In this document: positions 23,740 to 37,255 of the stretch, one piece after another
Numbering within the stretch: position 1 is the first letter of the stretch
Layout of the letters: each line of letters begins with the position of its first letter
Origin: Podarcis melisellensis
Taxonomy: Eukaryota
Assembly (NCBI GenBank): GCA_964234715.1
Contig: OZ174281.1
Strand: one strand, 5' to 3'
Length of the DNA stretch: 64,000 nt
Program-made: the position numbers and the translations under genes
The notes under the pieces: generated by a model
Database searches by the model: none
What the model saw: the letters and a program-made list of their open reading frames with translations, nothing else
What the model was told of the DNA's origin: nothing

Positions 23740-25699
23740 GTAGCTGAAGGGTATTTTACATTAGGCTAATAAATTGCTCCTCTCTGCCTTGTGTGATAAT
23801 GCATTATATTATCTACTGATGCAAACATATTGTTTGACTCAAATGCTCAATCTATTGTTTGGCCAGATGCTCCTGTAAATGAATAAGAAGTATTATTCTG
23901 ACATGGCACAAGGTAGAACCTAAGCGATATCTTAACTAAAAATAAAATCTTCCTCCTTGATAATCATTCATGACTTTTAACAATAGAATCAGCAGTATCT
24001 CTCTAGAGACAGTTGATGTATATAAAACCACTTCTGGACTGGTATGAACAGTTCGGAATGCTGAACCAGGATTATTGCTGGCAAAAAACATTAAGAGAAT
24101 TTTGTTGCACCCTGCCCCCCACCCCATCCGTACGTACTGTAATTTGTGGATTGGCTAAGGGGGCAAACATGCATGCATTACAGTGAATTTTAATGAGGAC
24201 CCCCTACTGCTATCACCACTTTGGAATAGACCAGGGTGAGGGGAGGAAGGGAGGAAAACCTGCAATATCACATGAAGGGCTGGAATAGCAGCATTTTATA
24301 ATCTCATTAATGGGAGAATGCTAAAGAATGCAGGCACATAATATGTTTGCTAACAATTTAGAGGAAAGCATTTCCAAATGTCAAGGTCCAATAGCAACTT
24401 AGCTTGGGGGACATGTTGTTCTCATGGCGGTCCAACCCGATGGTGGTGAATAATTTAATAATTGCATTTTTTTTAATAAAAAAATGCAATTGGGAAAATA
24501 GTTCATGTAAGAAATGAATAATTGCAAATGAATTGTTAAGGAAACACTAAGATTTCGTTTGTCTGTATGTGTGTGTGTTGCAGAGATCCTTATCCATATT
24601 TAGTGGGCATCAGAAAGCAAAATACTACTCTGACATCTATAAGACTAATTCAAGGCAGTCAAACTGGCATGCTGAGAATGTGCCTACTTCATAAGCCGCT
24701 CCATAGGGATATCAATTAGATTACATAATGATGTGCCTCTCTATTGTTCCTATGCAAGAGGGAACAAATACTGAGATAGAACTACGACATGGGTATGACT
24801 AAGCTGATCCTTGACTTTAAGTCAAAAGCCCACCCCACACCCCTATGCCAGCTCACTTCCTGCATATCACATTTTGGGAAATGGCTCAACATTTCAATTT
24901 TTAGAATGATTCGGTAGAGTTTGACATTTCCTAGCATCTGCCCCTTTCCTCCAGGATCAATACTGGAAGCATCATGTACAAACGAATACTAAAAAAAGAA
25001 GAAACAAAAACAATTCAAACTCTACTAATGTCAACGGACAAGCAAATGTTCTGGCCTTCAGTTGGAGTCTGGCAGATGTTCTCCTGGTTGCCAGCGGAAA
25101 TAAATAACTGCAACATGAATACGATATTTTTGTAAAGATTCTGTAAATGCATATTTTCTTGGCAAGGGTACATTTGCCAGTCATTAATCCTTTTGGCATC
25201 AGGTTAGGAAGAAGCCAGCCAGAATTATTTTTAAAAATGTTTTCTCTGCAAGATTGAAAGTTAGAATATTAAACAAAATGTGTGCGAACAATCCTTCAGT
25301 TGGATGAAGGTGAAGAGGACCGATGTGTTCATGGAGCTCATTTGCCTGCAGAAGTTGTCCCATTTACCTTCAGTGTCTTTACTGGGGAGCCCAACATGTG
25401 CAGCACATGAGTTGTTGGCCTCATTGAAATGAGTGGAATGTGAGTGGCCAGAACAGAACAAGCTTGAGGTTCCTCACCACTGTGGCCCTGCAGGTGTTAC
25501 TGGACTCCATTGGTCCCAGCCAGCATAGCCAATGGTCAATAATAGCGGGAGTTTCATAACCCAAATTGACATAACTGACTTCATTTAAAAATAAATAAAC
25601 CAACAACTATTGTGCTCTGTTTAAACTCAGAACATTTGTGGTTGGCTGTAATTATTGATAAAACTAACAAAATAAATAAATAAGGGTAATGAAAGATGC

Positions 25700-26044
25700 G
25701 GGAAGAGGGTGGCACTGTGGTCTAAACCACAGAGCCTAGGGCTTGCCAATCAGAAGGTCAGTGGTTCGAATCCCCATGACAGGGTAAGCTCCCGTTGTTC
25801 GGTCCCAGCTCCTGACCACCTAGCAGTTCGAAAGCACATTAAAGTGCAAGTGGATAAATAGATAAATACCTTCCCGCTCTGGTGGGAAGATAAATGGTGT
25901 GTCCGTGCACTGCTCTGGTTCGCCAGAAGCGACTTAGTCATGCTGGCCACATGACCCGGAAAAACTGTCTGTGGACAAATGCTGGCTCCCTCGGCCGCCA
26001 CCCCAGAGTCATCCGCGACTGGACCTAATGGTCAGGGGTACCTA
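25700..26044 (+). mobile_element. Sauria SINE
   Basis: Head GGTGGCACTGTGGTCTAAACC, B-box GGTTCGAATCCC; 13-bp TSD TAATGAAAGATGC (25687-25699, 26045-26057). Confidence 0.93.
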
Positions 26045-29000
26045 TAATGAAAGATGCAAGCCAGCAACATTTGGAGGAACATGGCTTCTTTAGCCCTCTC
26101 TTACAGAAATTGTGGGTTGGGGAGGTAATAAGGGCATCTTAGCCAACGGAAAAGGTCTTGACGTAAAAATCTAGTTTTATGTAACTGAGCAAGTGCTAAA
26201 CACCAAAGACCACTGGATTAAATATATGAGAAAATGCAACATTATACTGTAGGTGTTGTGCAACAGGCATTTTTTAAAAATATACAAAAGAATGACTTAT
26301 TTAGGGTAGCTCAGTTGGTAAGATGAAATTTGGGGTAATGTATGTGCCAGATCTTTCCACAGGAATAGGTTCAGCTGTATGCCGAAGCAGGAAGTCTTCA
26401 GAAAAACCACCAGATCAGCCCACGGTTCCCCACTTCCTCCTAGCAGGGGCAGCAATGTCAAAGCTTTCTCTAGCCTCAGGTGGCTCACATGCAGCAAAAA
26501 CACATCACTGCTTATTATTAGAAAGGGTGAATTAAAGCTCTGAGACAAACCCTCTTGCAAAAATATTTGGATTTAGCAAAATTAATGAGAACTTCATGCT
26601 AGGATAATTGCTCGCCTTCAGCAAAGCCAGTAAAAACCTCTATTTACAAAAAAAGAAGGTTTTTAAAAGGGTTTTGGAAGAAGTTGGATGTGTGGGTTTT
26701 CCCTTCCTATCCACCTATATGACACAACTCTGTCAATAATTACTTTGTGCATAAGGTATGCTTTTACATTTCTTTCCTGAAATCTGTGAACTTATTCATC
26801 ATCTATATTAACAACATTTTAAAACTGAAAGATCTCAATACTGTTGCAACTGTTCTTTTTCCATAAAATGCAAATCATCCAAAGATCTATCCAATAGAGA
26901 AAGATAATGTTTTGTTAAAATTGTTTTTTAAAGAGTCATATGCGATTCATTAATGGATGTGCCTGAAACTCAGCAAACATTGAAGAAAGAGAGGAATAAA
27001 TATCTACATGACATCTCTTGCAAAAGATAAAATAAATCCCCACACGATCTTTTCCCTTCCTATTTTGCTCTTTCTTGCAGATTCTAATTTCCAGATGAAT
27101 CATAATTATTACTTTGTCCATATGCCTAAGATAAAAATTTGTCATCTTCTCCTGCAGCTGTTCTCCTCTTCTCCACAAATACAAACAAAATGCTCCATGG
27201 AAGGCTCTTGCATCGCTTCCCATATAACCAAAATGTGTGTCCTTATTGTGATTCCCTTTACAACGGTCTGCACAGTGACGCTATGGCTGAGGATAAGAAA
27301 GGCCTCTCTAAAACACAGAGGGCAATTCAAGAGGAAAAGCTACCATGAGAACCGGGCAAAAATGGAAATAGAAAACAGATGAGGAATCATAAATTCCCGT
27401 TTTATGCTGTCAGCTCACCAGGGATTGTTTGCAAGAAGGGAAATCAGTGGGAAAGGCAACTCACTTCGGGCTGTTGCATGCAAATCTCTTTCTTAGTCTC
27501 ACATCTTGGCTAACTCAGCAAAGGGAATAGAAGAAGAGGGAGAGTGCCAGAGCGTCATTTTTTACAAAGAGAGTTTTCATGCTTTAAATATATATATATA
27601 ATGTAGCAAAATCTTACTGGCTCAGTAATCCGCGAAGAAGAGATGCAGTTAAGACAATGCCCTGGGGAACACATGGGATCTCCAGCCTATGCACAGAATT
27701 CTGTGCAAGTAGAGCCCACTCCTGTTGTGTATATCACCATCACAGCTCTGCGTACACACAGCCCTGTCAACGCTATTGATGTTCTTGCTCGCATAGAACT
27801 CTGTGTGCACGCTGCATGTTCCAGTGCTTTAGACTGGGCAGTAAATGTCCAATAAATTCAGCAATATTTCTTGGCAGAGCAGGGAGAAGAAACTAAGGTC
27901 ACCATCCTAAACGGCAAGGGACGAGTGTAATAATGCACAGCTTCCATCAGCACTTGCATGAGGGGCGATTACCAGTGTTTGGCTACGGGGAGGTCGTACA
28001 TGAAATCTTCAAGCCCCAAAAGGTTCAGGAAAAGCCAACAAAAATTATCACGGGGCTAGCGCAACTCCTCTGTGAGGAATTGGGGGCCTTTTAATGTAGC
28101 GGGGAAAGTGAATAAGGGGCGGGACATCAAATTATGTGTGATGTTGAGAAAGTAGGTGAGGGCAGGGAGTGGAATGGTTTCATTAGCCGGTGCAATGCAG
28201 TATCCGAAGCAGCATTCTTCTGAATACAGAGAAGAGGAGAGTGTCCATAGTTCAAAATTTTCACCCTAGATATAACCGTATGTCTAAGAGATCAGAAAAT
28301 ATCCAGGCTTAGGAATGGACCCCAAGCGACTCATTTTAACAAAGTAAGTAGATCTACCCCTTTTCTTTCCTTCAGTTACATTTCATTAGACAGTAAATAT
28401 TCCCTTCTGCACTTTATTTTAAGGCACCTGATGGGAATCCTCCTTATGCCAAGTGTTGTCAATAGCTTTTGGTCAGGGTTCCTGTACACGAAAATGCTCC
28501 TTCATTTACACAAGAACAAAGAGAGCTTTCATTGCGCATGTAGGACAACAGGTGTACAATGCGTGCAGGTGTGTGGGTGTGGGTTGCTGATATTTGCAGA
28601 ACCCTCTTTAGTGAGTTATTACTTTGCTTGGGATTTGCCATTATTTTTATTCCCCGCCTAACCTCATAATTCCCACAGCTGTTAGCTGCTGCAATCCATT
28701 GTTTTCTTTCTAAAGGATGACTGTGGCAGAAAAGTCGTTTCCAAAGCAAATCAAAACCCTCTCTCCCTCTCCATCTTGCCCTCTGCTTCCGGTTCCTTTG
28801 AGCCCAGGGGATGGACCAGTCAGTGCCTCAAGTGTCTCCACAACCAGCCTGACAGCATCCTTTGATGGATGCAGCAGAAGAGCCTGATGCCCTGCTTAAC
28901 AGCTGGTGTGAGAGTTCCTCCTCCCTTTCTGGAAAGCTGTCTTCAAGGCACAAGGAACACAGAGAATAAACTTTGTACTTTCTCTCCCTTTTGTCCAGCC

Positions 29001-30992
29001 CCAAATGGGTTGTGGAGAAGTGCTGGATGGTCTTTAAAAAATGTACTCAAGGGTTTTTTTTTGGGGGGGGGTGATCTGTGAGAACACTCATTGGAGACAA
29101 CTGTATCCTCATGTCTTGAATAAACAATTGCTGCTCTGTGTGGCTCCATACTTGTTACCCAGATTCTAGCATAGAGTTCCTGTCTTGCCATGGTTACTTG
29201 TCTTTTTAAACCAATGGCTTCCCCCCCTCCTTTCTGCCTTTTCGCCAGGATTCTTCGCTTGTTTGGCAGTGGGTTCGCTCTCATTTGAACTTTTGCCCTC
29301 TTTTAATCTCTTCCAAATTTTACACTAAAAGAACTTTTAACTGACACCTTTTGTTGCCCAGAACTCCATTGGTGTGTGAGAATGAAATTAGGGATCTGCT
29401 TGCTGTAATGATCTCAAGTGACTGTCTTCTTCCTCTGAGTAACCAGCACCTGACAATGACAGGCATCCGTGGGAAGTTTGAAAACAAAAACACAAGAGCA
29501 CAAGATGCTGGCCAGTTCCTGAAGCAAAATTAGAGAATAAATAGGACACAAACAAATAGGGTTTTTTCCCCCCCTCTCTCTCCCCTCCCTCCCTCCCTCC
29601 TCCAGGCTATTCAGTAAGAGATTTACTTACATTTAACACTTCCAGAATCCATTCCACTCGAATTCGGCATAGGATAACACAGCAGAAACTTGTGTGAAAC
29701 ACTGCCTTTGGTTCCATGTTCTGAATTATTCTGTTGTACCTCACTCCTAGGGCAGAAACCTGGTGTATAATGTGGAGCTGATATGCAGCACCTTGAGGGG
29801 AAACCCTCTGGAAAACACACACACACTCCTGCAAAATTCATCAACTGAAAAAAGCCATGGGATAAAAAGGACCTATATGTAGCATATCCTTCTGAAAAAC
29901 ACAGCTTAATTAATAAACATACTTGTATAGAAGAGATACTACTGTCCCGTGAAAAGAGCACCTAACAAAGACCCTGAGGTGACGTTCCCATGGTTTTGCA
30001 TAGCAAACTTTTCTTCTGACTATACTGAGAGCTGGTGTTGACCAGGTAAGGCTGACCCTCTGAAGAACATCTGAGGGGGTCTTTTCAGGGCATGGCAAAT
30101 ATCAGAACCAACCACATTTGGAAAGGGGGACATAATTAAAAGAAGAAAGAATAAAAATATATAATTAAAAAATATATAATATAATTTTTTTAAAAAATGT
30201 CATGCCACCATGACTATTGCTATTTCAACATGAAACATAAAGAGAAATCAAAGAGGAGAATAAATGATTATTTTATCATATTATAATGAGAAGTTTAAAG
30301 GACAGGGGAGCCTGTTTGGGCAAAGTGGTCAGTGGGAAGAGGAACAATCAGTAAGAGCCATAACTGCAGCAACTATTGGCACCGAGGTCAATCCAGATAT
30401 CCCTCCTCTAATTGTATCATATTCTTCATATCTACCCACATGAACAAGTCAACAGAACTGGATGAAATACACAATGCTACTCCTGCAATGTTTCCATACT
30501 TCAAATGGTCAAGTCACATATTATTTCAGAATTAGAATTGGTGCCATTCATACAAGCCTCCTGATTTGGAAAGAGATGAAACGAGAGCTATGACTTACTG
30601 TATGCAGAGATTCAGTGAACATCCCCTTTGAGGACGAATAATTCTGTTGAATCACTGGTTAATGATCCAAACACATCTATTGCTTTAGTTGCAGAAATTT
30701 CACAGAATGACACACTACCGTCAGAAGATGTCTGAGAAGAGGCATGACCAAAGCAGCAACTCATGCAGAGACATATCAGCAAACCTCCTATAAAGACTGC
30801 TACTTCTGTTTCGTTTCTCCAACTTAAGTAATATGCAGAGATGCTACAGATTCTACCCATGTCCCAAAGAGGCTGAGAATGGTGCAGCTGGGTAATTTTA
30901 GATTCTAGACTTAATGGTCTTACAGAATCATGCATGTGAGTTTACAGAAGACAGTCCCATTGATGTAAATGACACTCCCATACATAAGGAAA

Positions 30993-31044
<52 letters not shown>

Positions 31045-31262
31045 TATACACCACCCATCTGGCTGGGTTTCCCCAGCCACTCTGGGCGGCTTCCAACCAA
31101 ATATTAAAAACAACACAGCATCAAACATTAAAAACTTTCCTAAACAGGGCCACCTTCAGTTGTCTTTTAAAAGTAAAATAGTTGCTAATTGCCTTGATAT
31201 CTGCTGGGAGGGCATTCCACAGGGCAGGTGCCACTACCGAGAAGGCCCTCTGCCTGGTTCCA
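30993..31262 (-). mobile_element. L2 3' end (antisense) with expanded (TAA)n tail
   Basis: (TTA)n, CCCATCTGGCTGGGTTTCCCCAGCCACTCTGGGCGGCTTCC, GGGAGGGCATTCCACAGGGCAGGTGCCACTACCGAGAAGGCCC. Confidence 0.88.
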
Positions 31263-32424
31263 ACACTTTGAATTGTGCTCAGAAGCATAATGGGAGTCAA
31301 AACAGTCTTAATGGACTCTTTAGAAGATACTGCATTTCATTTATTTCAAATGTAGTAATCCAGGCCTGTGGCATTTTGGGGGCCTTCCCACATATTCTGC
31401 TGATTGGCGTCTTGTGCATCTGCCCAAAGTCCACTCTGACAGTACCACTGGAAGCTGATTTGAGAAAGATGTAAGGTAAGAAGAGCGAATCATGCAGAGA
31501 GCTGCCTCCTCTGTGGCTGTGTGTGCTTTGGGCTTATTCAAACCCTCTGTGCCGAGCACAGAGATTAGGAAGTACAACTGCATTACTGAATCCAAGCACT
31601 CAAAAGAAATTCCTCATTGCCGCTTTTATTAATATATCTTGACACTGCTGCATCTTGCAGCGCTAATGCTTTCATGCAACAATATCCAGGTTTGTGAGTC
31701 GCTCCACTGTTGTGATTCATTATTCCTGTAGTGCATGGGGGCTCATGACCTTACGTCTATGCAGCAGTGACCTCTTGTAATCATTTACAATGCCGTTGGT
31801 CACTCCTGTTGCTTTTCTGAACTGGTGAGAGAGGAAGATATGTGCAGTTTCCATGTTAGTCACTAGAGTGGTATGCATTAAGCTGTGGGGTGGGGGGGTG
31901 AGGAGGGAGAACATGAAACAAAATTGACTTAGGAAAACACAAAAGCTAGAGGCAATCAATAATGTTCGGGGTAAAGTAAAGCAAAAAACAAAACAAAAAC
32001 CCTTTAAAGTGCCCATGCTTAAATGTCAAGAGTATTAGAACAAAACAGCTCAAAGCAGAATGGTGTGTGGCAGATACACTTACATTGTGTTACAGAAACC
32101 AAGCTCCTAACTGAGTTGGGAAACAACGGCAAGAAAATGGCCATGAAATATGGCGGGAGGGCATTATTGATTCTCATATCTAATAGTCAAGCAAGGGGGT
32201 GTTATATCCTATCGCTGCCACCTCCAAGTGTTCAGAATTTAGGTCAGGCTGTTAAGCTAGTGCAAGGGTATTTAAAGTGTTGTTTGAGATGTCATCCTGA
32301 GGGGTTTTCAATCTAAGAATATCTTTGGGTTCTTAAAAAATTCCTAAACCTGAGCCGATGTAGTGTTGCCATGTGTCCTACTTTGCAGAGGACGGTCCCT
32401 TTACTTGAAGGGTTTTCCATTCCA

Positions 32425-32612
32425 AGTCTAGTTCAGACCTAACTCTGTGCTCTGGTAGCTTCCGGACTGGATTACTGCAATGTAAGGGCCAGTGGGTGGT
32501 AGCCTGGAAGTGGGCATTCTCTGTGGTAGCCCCTAAGTTGTGCAATTCTGTCTCCACAGAGATGCATCTGCCACCTTTATTATGTAGTTTCCATCGATAA
32601 AGACACACCTCA
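32425..32612 (+). mobile_element. L2 ORF2 fragments
   Basis: ALVASGLDYCN (SRLDYCN motif) joined to AFSVVAPKL.NS. Confidence 0.7.
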
Positions 32613-33383
32613 TAGTAGTTTACTATACTAATTTAATCTGGCAGTTAATGAGCAATATAAAACAATGGAGTATGTTGAATATTGCAAAGTTAAATTTGTA
32701 TTAATAATTTAACAATTGCAATTGTGAAAAATATGCTGCCAAACACACACACACACACACGAGACTCTATACTTTTCTAGAATGATTGTGTCTGTGTTCG
32801 TGTACGCACACAATAGATGTGAAATTGCCACCACCCTCTGGCCCTAGAAGCAAGTGTCTTCTTTGAAGGAAATATACGTTGTTTCGCTAATAGCAGAATT
32901 TCCCCATCATTCAATCAGCAAAATTTTATCCCAAGGAAAACACTATTCTTCTGTTCCATCAGATTGCAAGCACACTGTTATTGCAAGTGCTGTGCTCTAG
33001 AAAGACTACAGTTCTATACATCTTCTCACAAATAATGGGATAATGCCAATGGCATCACTAAAGATGAGCACCACAATTCCTCTGCTCATAAATGCAGCAT
33101 CCTGGACTGTTTTTACAGTTCCTTTATTGAAGCCGGTTTTGGACTGAATGCTTTCTCAATTTATCACTCATCTAGCCATTTACAACTAGGGTGTGCATTT
33201 GGAAATAGCAATGTGCTATTGTTTCACGAACTTATTTCATGTCAACTTTTTTTGGCTTTTATTTGTTTTGCTCATTTTGTTCAGGGGTGAGGAACCTGGA
33301 GCCCGACAGATGTTGTTGAAGTACAACTCTGACCACCCCTAATCACTCAGCCTGCAGGCTGAGGTTGATGGGAGTTGGAGTTC

Positions 33384-34158
33384 ATAAGAATATAGGAAGC
33401 GGCTGTATACCAAGTCAGATCATTGGTCCACCTACCTCAGAACCATCTCCTCTGACTGGCAATGGTCCTCCAAGGTTTCAAGCATGGTTTGTGGGAATGT
33501 TCAGAGATGCAGGAGAGGATATATTGTTGAATTGTAGCCTTTCCAACTTGTGTAAACAAGTTCACAATTTAGCAGAGTAACATTCCCATTTTTAAACTTG
33601 CAATGGATGTGTTTGCTCAAGCTCGCTAAAGCCTCTATAATAACTGTTCTGGTATTTCCCCCTTATTCCCTCATAAAAGATAAGACATGACACAGTCTTC
33701 TATAAAAGTATAAAAAGAGTTTACTCATATTCTGTTCACAATTGGATCCCAGAAGACAGACATAGCTTAGAAAAGTTACATATACCTGGAAACTATCTCA
33801 TAAGGAGACAGTCCCTCTGTCCTCTCTTGGCTGGAAGCTGGAAGCCAAGAGAGCATCTTTGGCTAAGCAGATGTTGCTTCTTCAATGCATGTAGTCAAAG
33901 AGAGAGATGGCTGCTCTGCCCTGTGCTTTTGTCGTTACCTGCACAGGTGAGGCCACCCCCACCTCTAGTCACGTGCAGAGGAAGTCTGTCCCAGCCCAGA
34001 AGGAAACAGGAAGTTTACCTGCTGGCCGGACAAACATTCCTCCCCATGTGTAAACATGTTCACTCTAGGAATGTTGTACTTGACTGCTCTTGTGTTTCAC
34101 ATCCCACATGGTTCTCTCCCAGCTCATCCTGAAGATGCCACCACTGAGCTAGAGCCCT
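33384..34158 (-). mobile_element. Squam3-like SINE split by a solo LTR
   Basis: 3' part AGGAAGC..TATACCAAGTCAGATCATTGGTCCA..CTGACTGGCA..CTCCAAGGTTTCA (33384-33489); 5' part CTCTCCCAGC..GATGCCA..CCACTGAGCTA..GCCC (34114-34158). Confidence 0.75.
33490..34108 (-). mobile_element. Solo LTR (619 bp)
   Basis: TGTGGGA...TCCCACA inverted termini; exact 5-bp TSD TGGTT (33485-33489, 34109-34113); AGTAAA polyA-like signal on the minus strand near 33720. Confidence 0.85.
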
Positions 34159-35496
34159 TCCCAGCAGGTCCTCCACCCCTGATGTAGTTTTTGTCATATT
34201 TGTATTTAGCTCTCCAGCAACTGAGGGCAGATGTGTCCTGCTAGCACAACCATTTTTTGAGACAGAATAACCTGTTACTAGTACTGCATCTGCGCTGACA
34301 GTGCTAAGAATAATGTCTGAGTTTTTATTATTGAGGAATGCCCCGAGTTTATAATTGTGCCAAGTAAATGAATACCCATGATTTTAATTTTTGGCCAGGA
34401 AAACCACAAATTTGTACATAAGTGTTCTGAATACAGCTACACACTTTCTGGCTGTAATCAGGGATCTGCCAAGAAAAGGAAAAGGAAAGAACCGGTGATG
34501 TCGTATGAGCTTTTGTGTAATTAAGTCAGTTCCACCCAAATATATACAACAGCCAGTAGCAGTTGGTGTGCAGCAGCCAATCTGGAGCTCTTGCCAGTGC
34601 ATCTGTACTGCACCAAACTCCTGCATCTGTACTTCCCTCTCCTGGAAAGGCACAGCAAGAGTGGTGATGAAAAGTCAGGTAAGTACTGCTGCCCCAATAC
34701 TCTGACCAGCTCAGCACTTTGCCCAAAGGCAAGCCAGTCATCTGTTGGAACAGGACATAGCCTCTCACAATAGAAAACCCTTGAGTGTTTGTGCATTAGC
34801 TAGAAAACTACTGAACATGTGCAAAATACCAATTACGGAAATCCGCTGTTTTTGGTATGTTTTTTATGAAGTGCATTCCAGTATGTGTTTACTCAGAACC
34901 CCATTGTATTCAAGGGGGTGATATAAGATGCAGTCTAAGTACCCTGAATGTACAGTGCCACTTTTTAGTGGATTTGTTGTAGAAAATTCATACATGCATA
35001 ATAAAAGCAGATGTTTTCACATGCATATTCCAGTGTTTAAAAATACGGTTTCTTCTTTCATTTCAGACTTACTTAACCATGTGGCTGACTGAAGAACAGT
35101 AGCTTGACAGAGGCAGATTTTACTTTATCTTTGTTGAAAACTTAAAAAAAAATAATCTTTTGCCTCCCCCCCTCAAAAATCACTCTCATTCAAATTGTCA
35201 AAGCTTGCTCCTTGCTAAAAGCAGCTAGAACTGATTTTGCCTTCATCTGTTCCTTAAATAAATTATCTACGAACAAAGCACAACCGACTGATGAGGTAAA
35301 GAGAAGGAAAAGATTTGCAGAAAGCATTTCCCCTTCTGTCTCTCTAATTCAACTCAAATGGGTCACTACTTAAGGCAGAAAAGGGTTGAGAAAGCATGAT
35401 GAATTGTTATAAAGGTATTATTATTATTATTAGTTGGTATTTTAGTGCAGTTGACTATGAATGCTAAAATTTACAAAATAAAATGAACACAGTAGG

Positions 35497-35522
35497 GTGT
35501 GTGTGTGTGTGTGTGTGTGTGT
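35497..35522. repeat. (GT)n microsatellite
   Basis: Seen directly. Confidence 0.9.
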
Positions 35523-35799
35523 CATACTTAGAGTTTGGGTCCCAAAATCTCATCCAGACATCCATATGTCATATGCTCACTATTTGATGTCTACAACTCC
35601 AAATAATGTAGGACATATGTGAAGGAGCCATCACGGATCAAACATCACAGACAGCAAACAAGAGAAGAGCCTTGATGGATCAGGGAAGGGGCTATGTAAG
35701 CATCCTGTTCTCCATGGTGGCCAAGTACTGGATTGATGTTTTCACTGATCTACCAACTGTGACACCATGATTTCTTTCCTCATCAGTCACCACCATCTC

Positions 35800-35980
35800 A
35801 GATCCCATCAGTTCCCCAGTTTACACTTACTTACATTGAACCACATTTCCCATTTTGTTTCCTGTTCACTCGGTTTCATGAGCTCCTTATCAGGCTCCAT
35901 GCAACCTTATCCTCTTGTAGAATCTTTGGTTTTACCCACCAACTTGGCCACATTCCTGCTCATCCCTAACTCCAGACCAC
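35800..35980 (-). mobile_element. CR1 RT fragment (antisense), degraded
   Basis: TTTACACTTACTTACATTGAA..TTTCCCATTTTGTT..AACTTGGCCAC..CTGCTCATCCCTAACTCCAGA (reverse of LELGMS..VAK..; KWEM.FNVSKCK). Confidence 0.65.
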
Positions 35981-36964
35981 ATCTCTAGGGTTTTCAAATC
36001 AACTAGCATCACTTCAAAAACAAAGTATTTTCAATGCGAGAAATTCAGAGGTGGCATCATCAAGGGATGAGAGAAGAGGTAAGTGTCAAGTACATTTTAG
36101 TGCTTCTGCCATTAGGTAAAGGCCCAATGGTCCTGCCATCCCACAAAGCTAACATGTGGTAGGGCCAGAGCAATAATTCCAATCCTTTCCACATGGTCAG
36201 ATTCCTGGGATGAGCTTAAGGTGCCTAAGGTGTCCTATAGAGAAGTAAGCATCTAGAAAAGAATGGATTGAGCCAGTATAAACAAACAAACAAACAAACA
36301 AACAAACCTGGAGCATGAACAAAGCTCTGACTTATAGAGTTCAAAAAGGTGATGGAAGCATCTACATATGGGAAATTATCCTGTTATTTAGGAAGATTTG
36401 TGCTGATAGAACATTCCCTGATGATGGCAAAGTCCTTGCTAGAACAGAGTTCCATGTCCCTTGGAACACGGCCAATATGCTTTGGTAAGTACACGAGGTA
36501 TGTAGAGGAAAGATTATTTTTATTCCCTTCTTTAGTTTTTGGGCATAAATCCCTTCTTGTTTTCCCAGCAACATTAGCTCAAATTTGCAGAAACTATATG
36601 TGGCAGATAAAACCGTTGCTTGGGAAGACGGACCATATGTCACACTGAACTACTCAAGAGGCATCAAGCTTCCCTGCCTGAAGATCCTTTAAAGATACAA
36701 TTTTATGCTCAGTTAAAATGGAAAAGAGCATTATGTTTAAGGATAAACCCATTTAGTGTGCAGCTATTTGCTAAAGTCTGCTGCCAAATTGCTAGTTAGC
36801 GACACATTCAGGCCGCCTGAGAAAAAAGGGGGGGAGAACCCCTACTTCCTTTCCATTTACCGGATAGGCAAATCCGAGTTTCTCACTGCCACTTTTAAAA
36901 TGCTTCTTAATGATCTGTAATTACAACGTCACAAAGAGGGATTAAGGGTGATACCTAAGACTAA

Positions 36965-37255
36965 GGGCTTATCCACACTTAGCTTTTGCCCCACTCTTTC
37001 CAAGCACAGGTCCACACTTAAAAGCTCTATGTCTGAGTGTGGATCTTTTCTCATGAAAACCCACTCTTTAGTGCTCAGTCAGAGCAAACATCAATTTGGG
37101 GTTCTCCACAGATTGCTGTTTGCTCTAACTGAGCTTAAAGAGTGGGGTTTTGCATGGAAAGCTCTGGAGCAAAAGAAAAGGGTGCTAGGACACAGAGCTT
37201 TAAAGCACATATCATGCCTGGAAAGAGAAGAGGAAAGGTAAGTGTTGATAAGCAC
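36965..37255. mobile_element. PIF/Harbinger MITE
   Basis: TIR GGGCTTATCCACACTTA / TAAGTGTTGATAAGCAC; TAA/TCA flanks; internally palindromic (TTAAAGCTCT..AGAGCTTTAA). Confidence 0.75.

Noticed and set aside
24460-24491. AT-rich hairpin AATTGCATTTTTTT..AAAAAAATGCAATT
   Set aside because: Mostly homopolymer pairing; low information
30914-31474. 186-aa ORF with poly-Leu
   Set aside because: Reads through a (TTA)n microsatellite and antisense L2 sequence
34528-34684. Possible exon ending in CAG|GTAAGT
   Set aside because: No convincing acceptor and no recognisable protein in any frame
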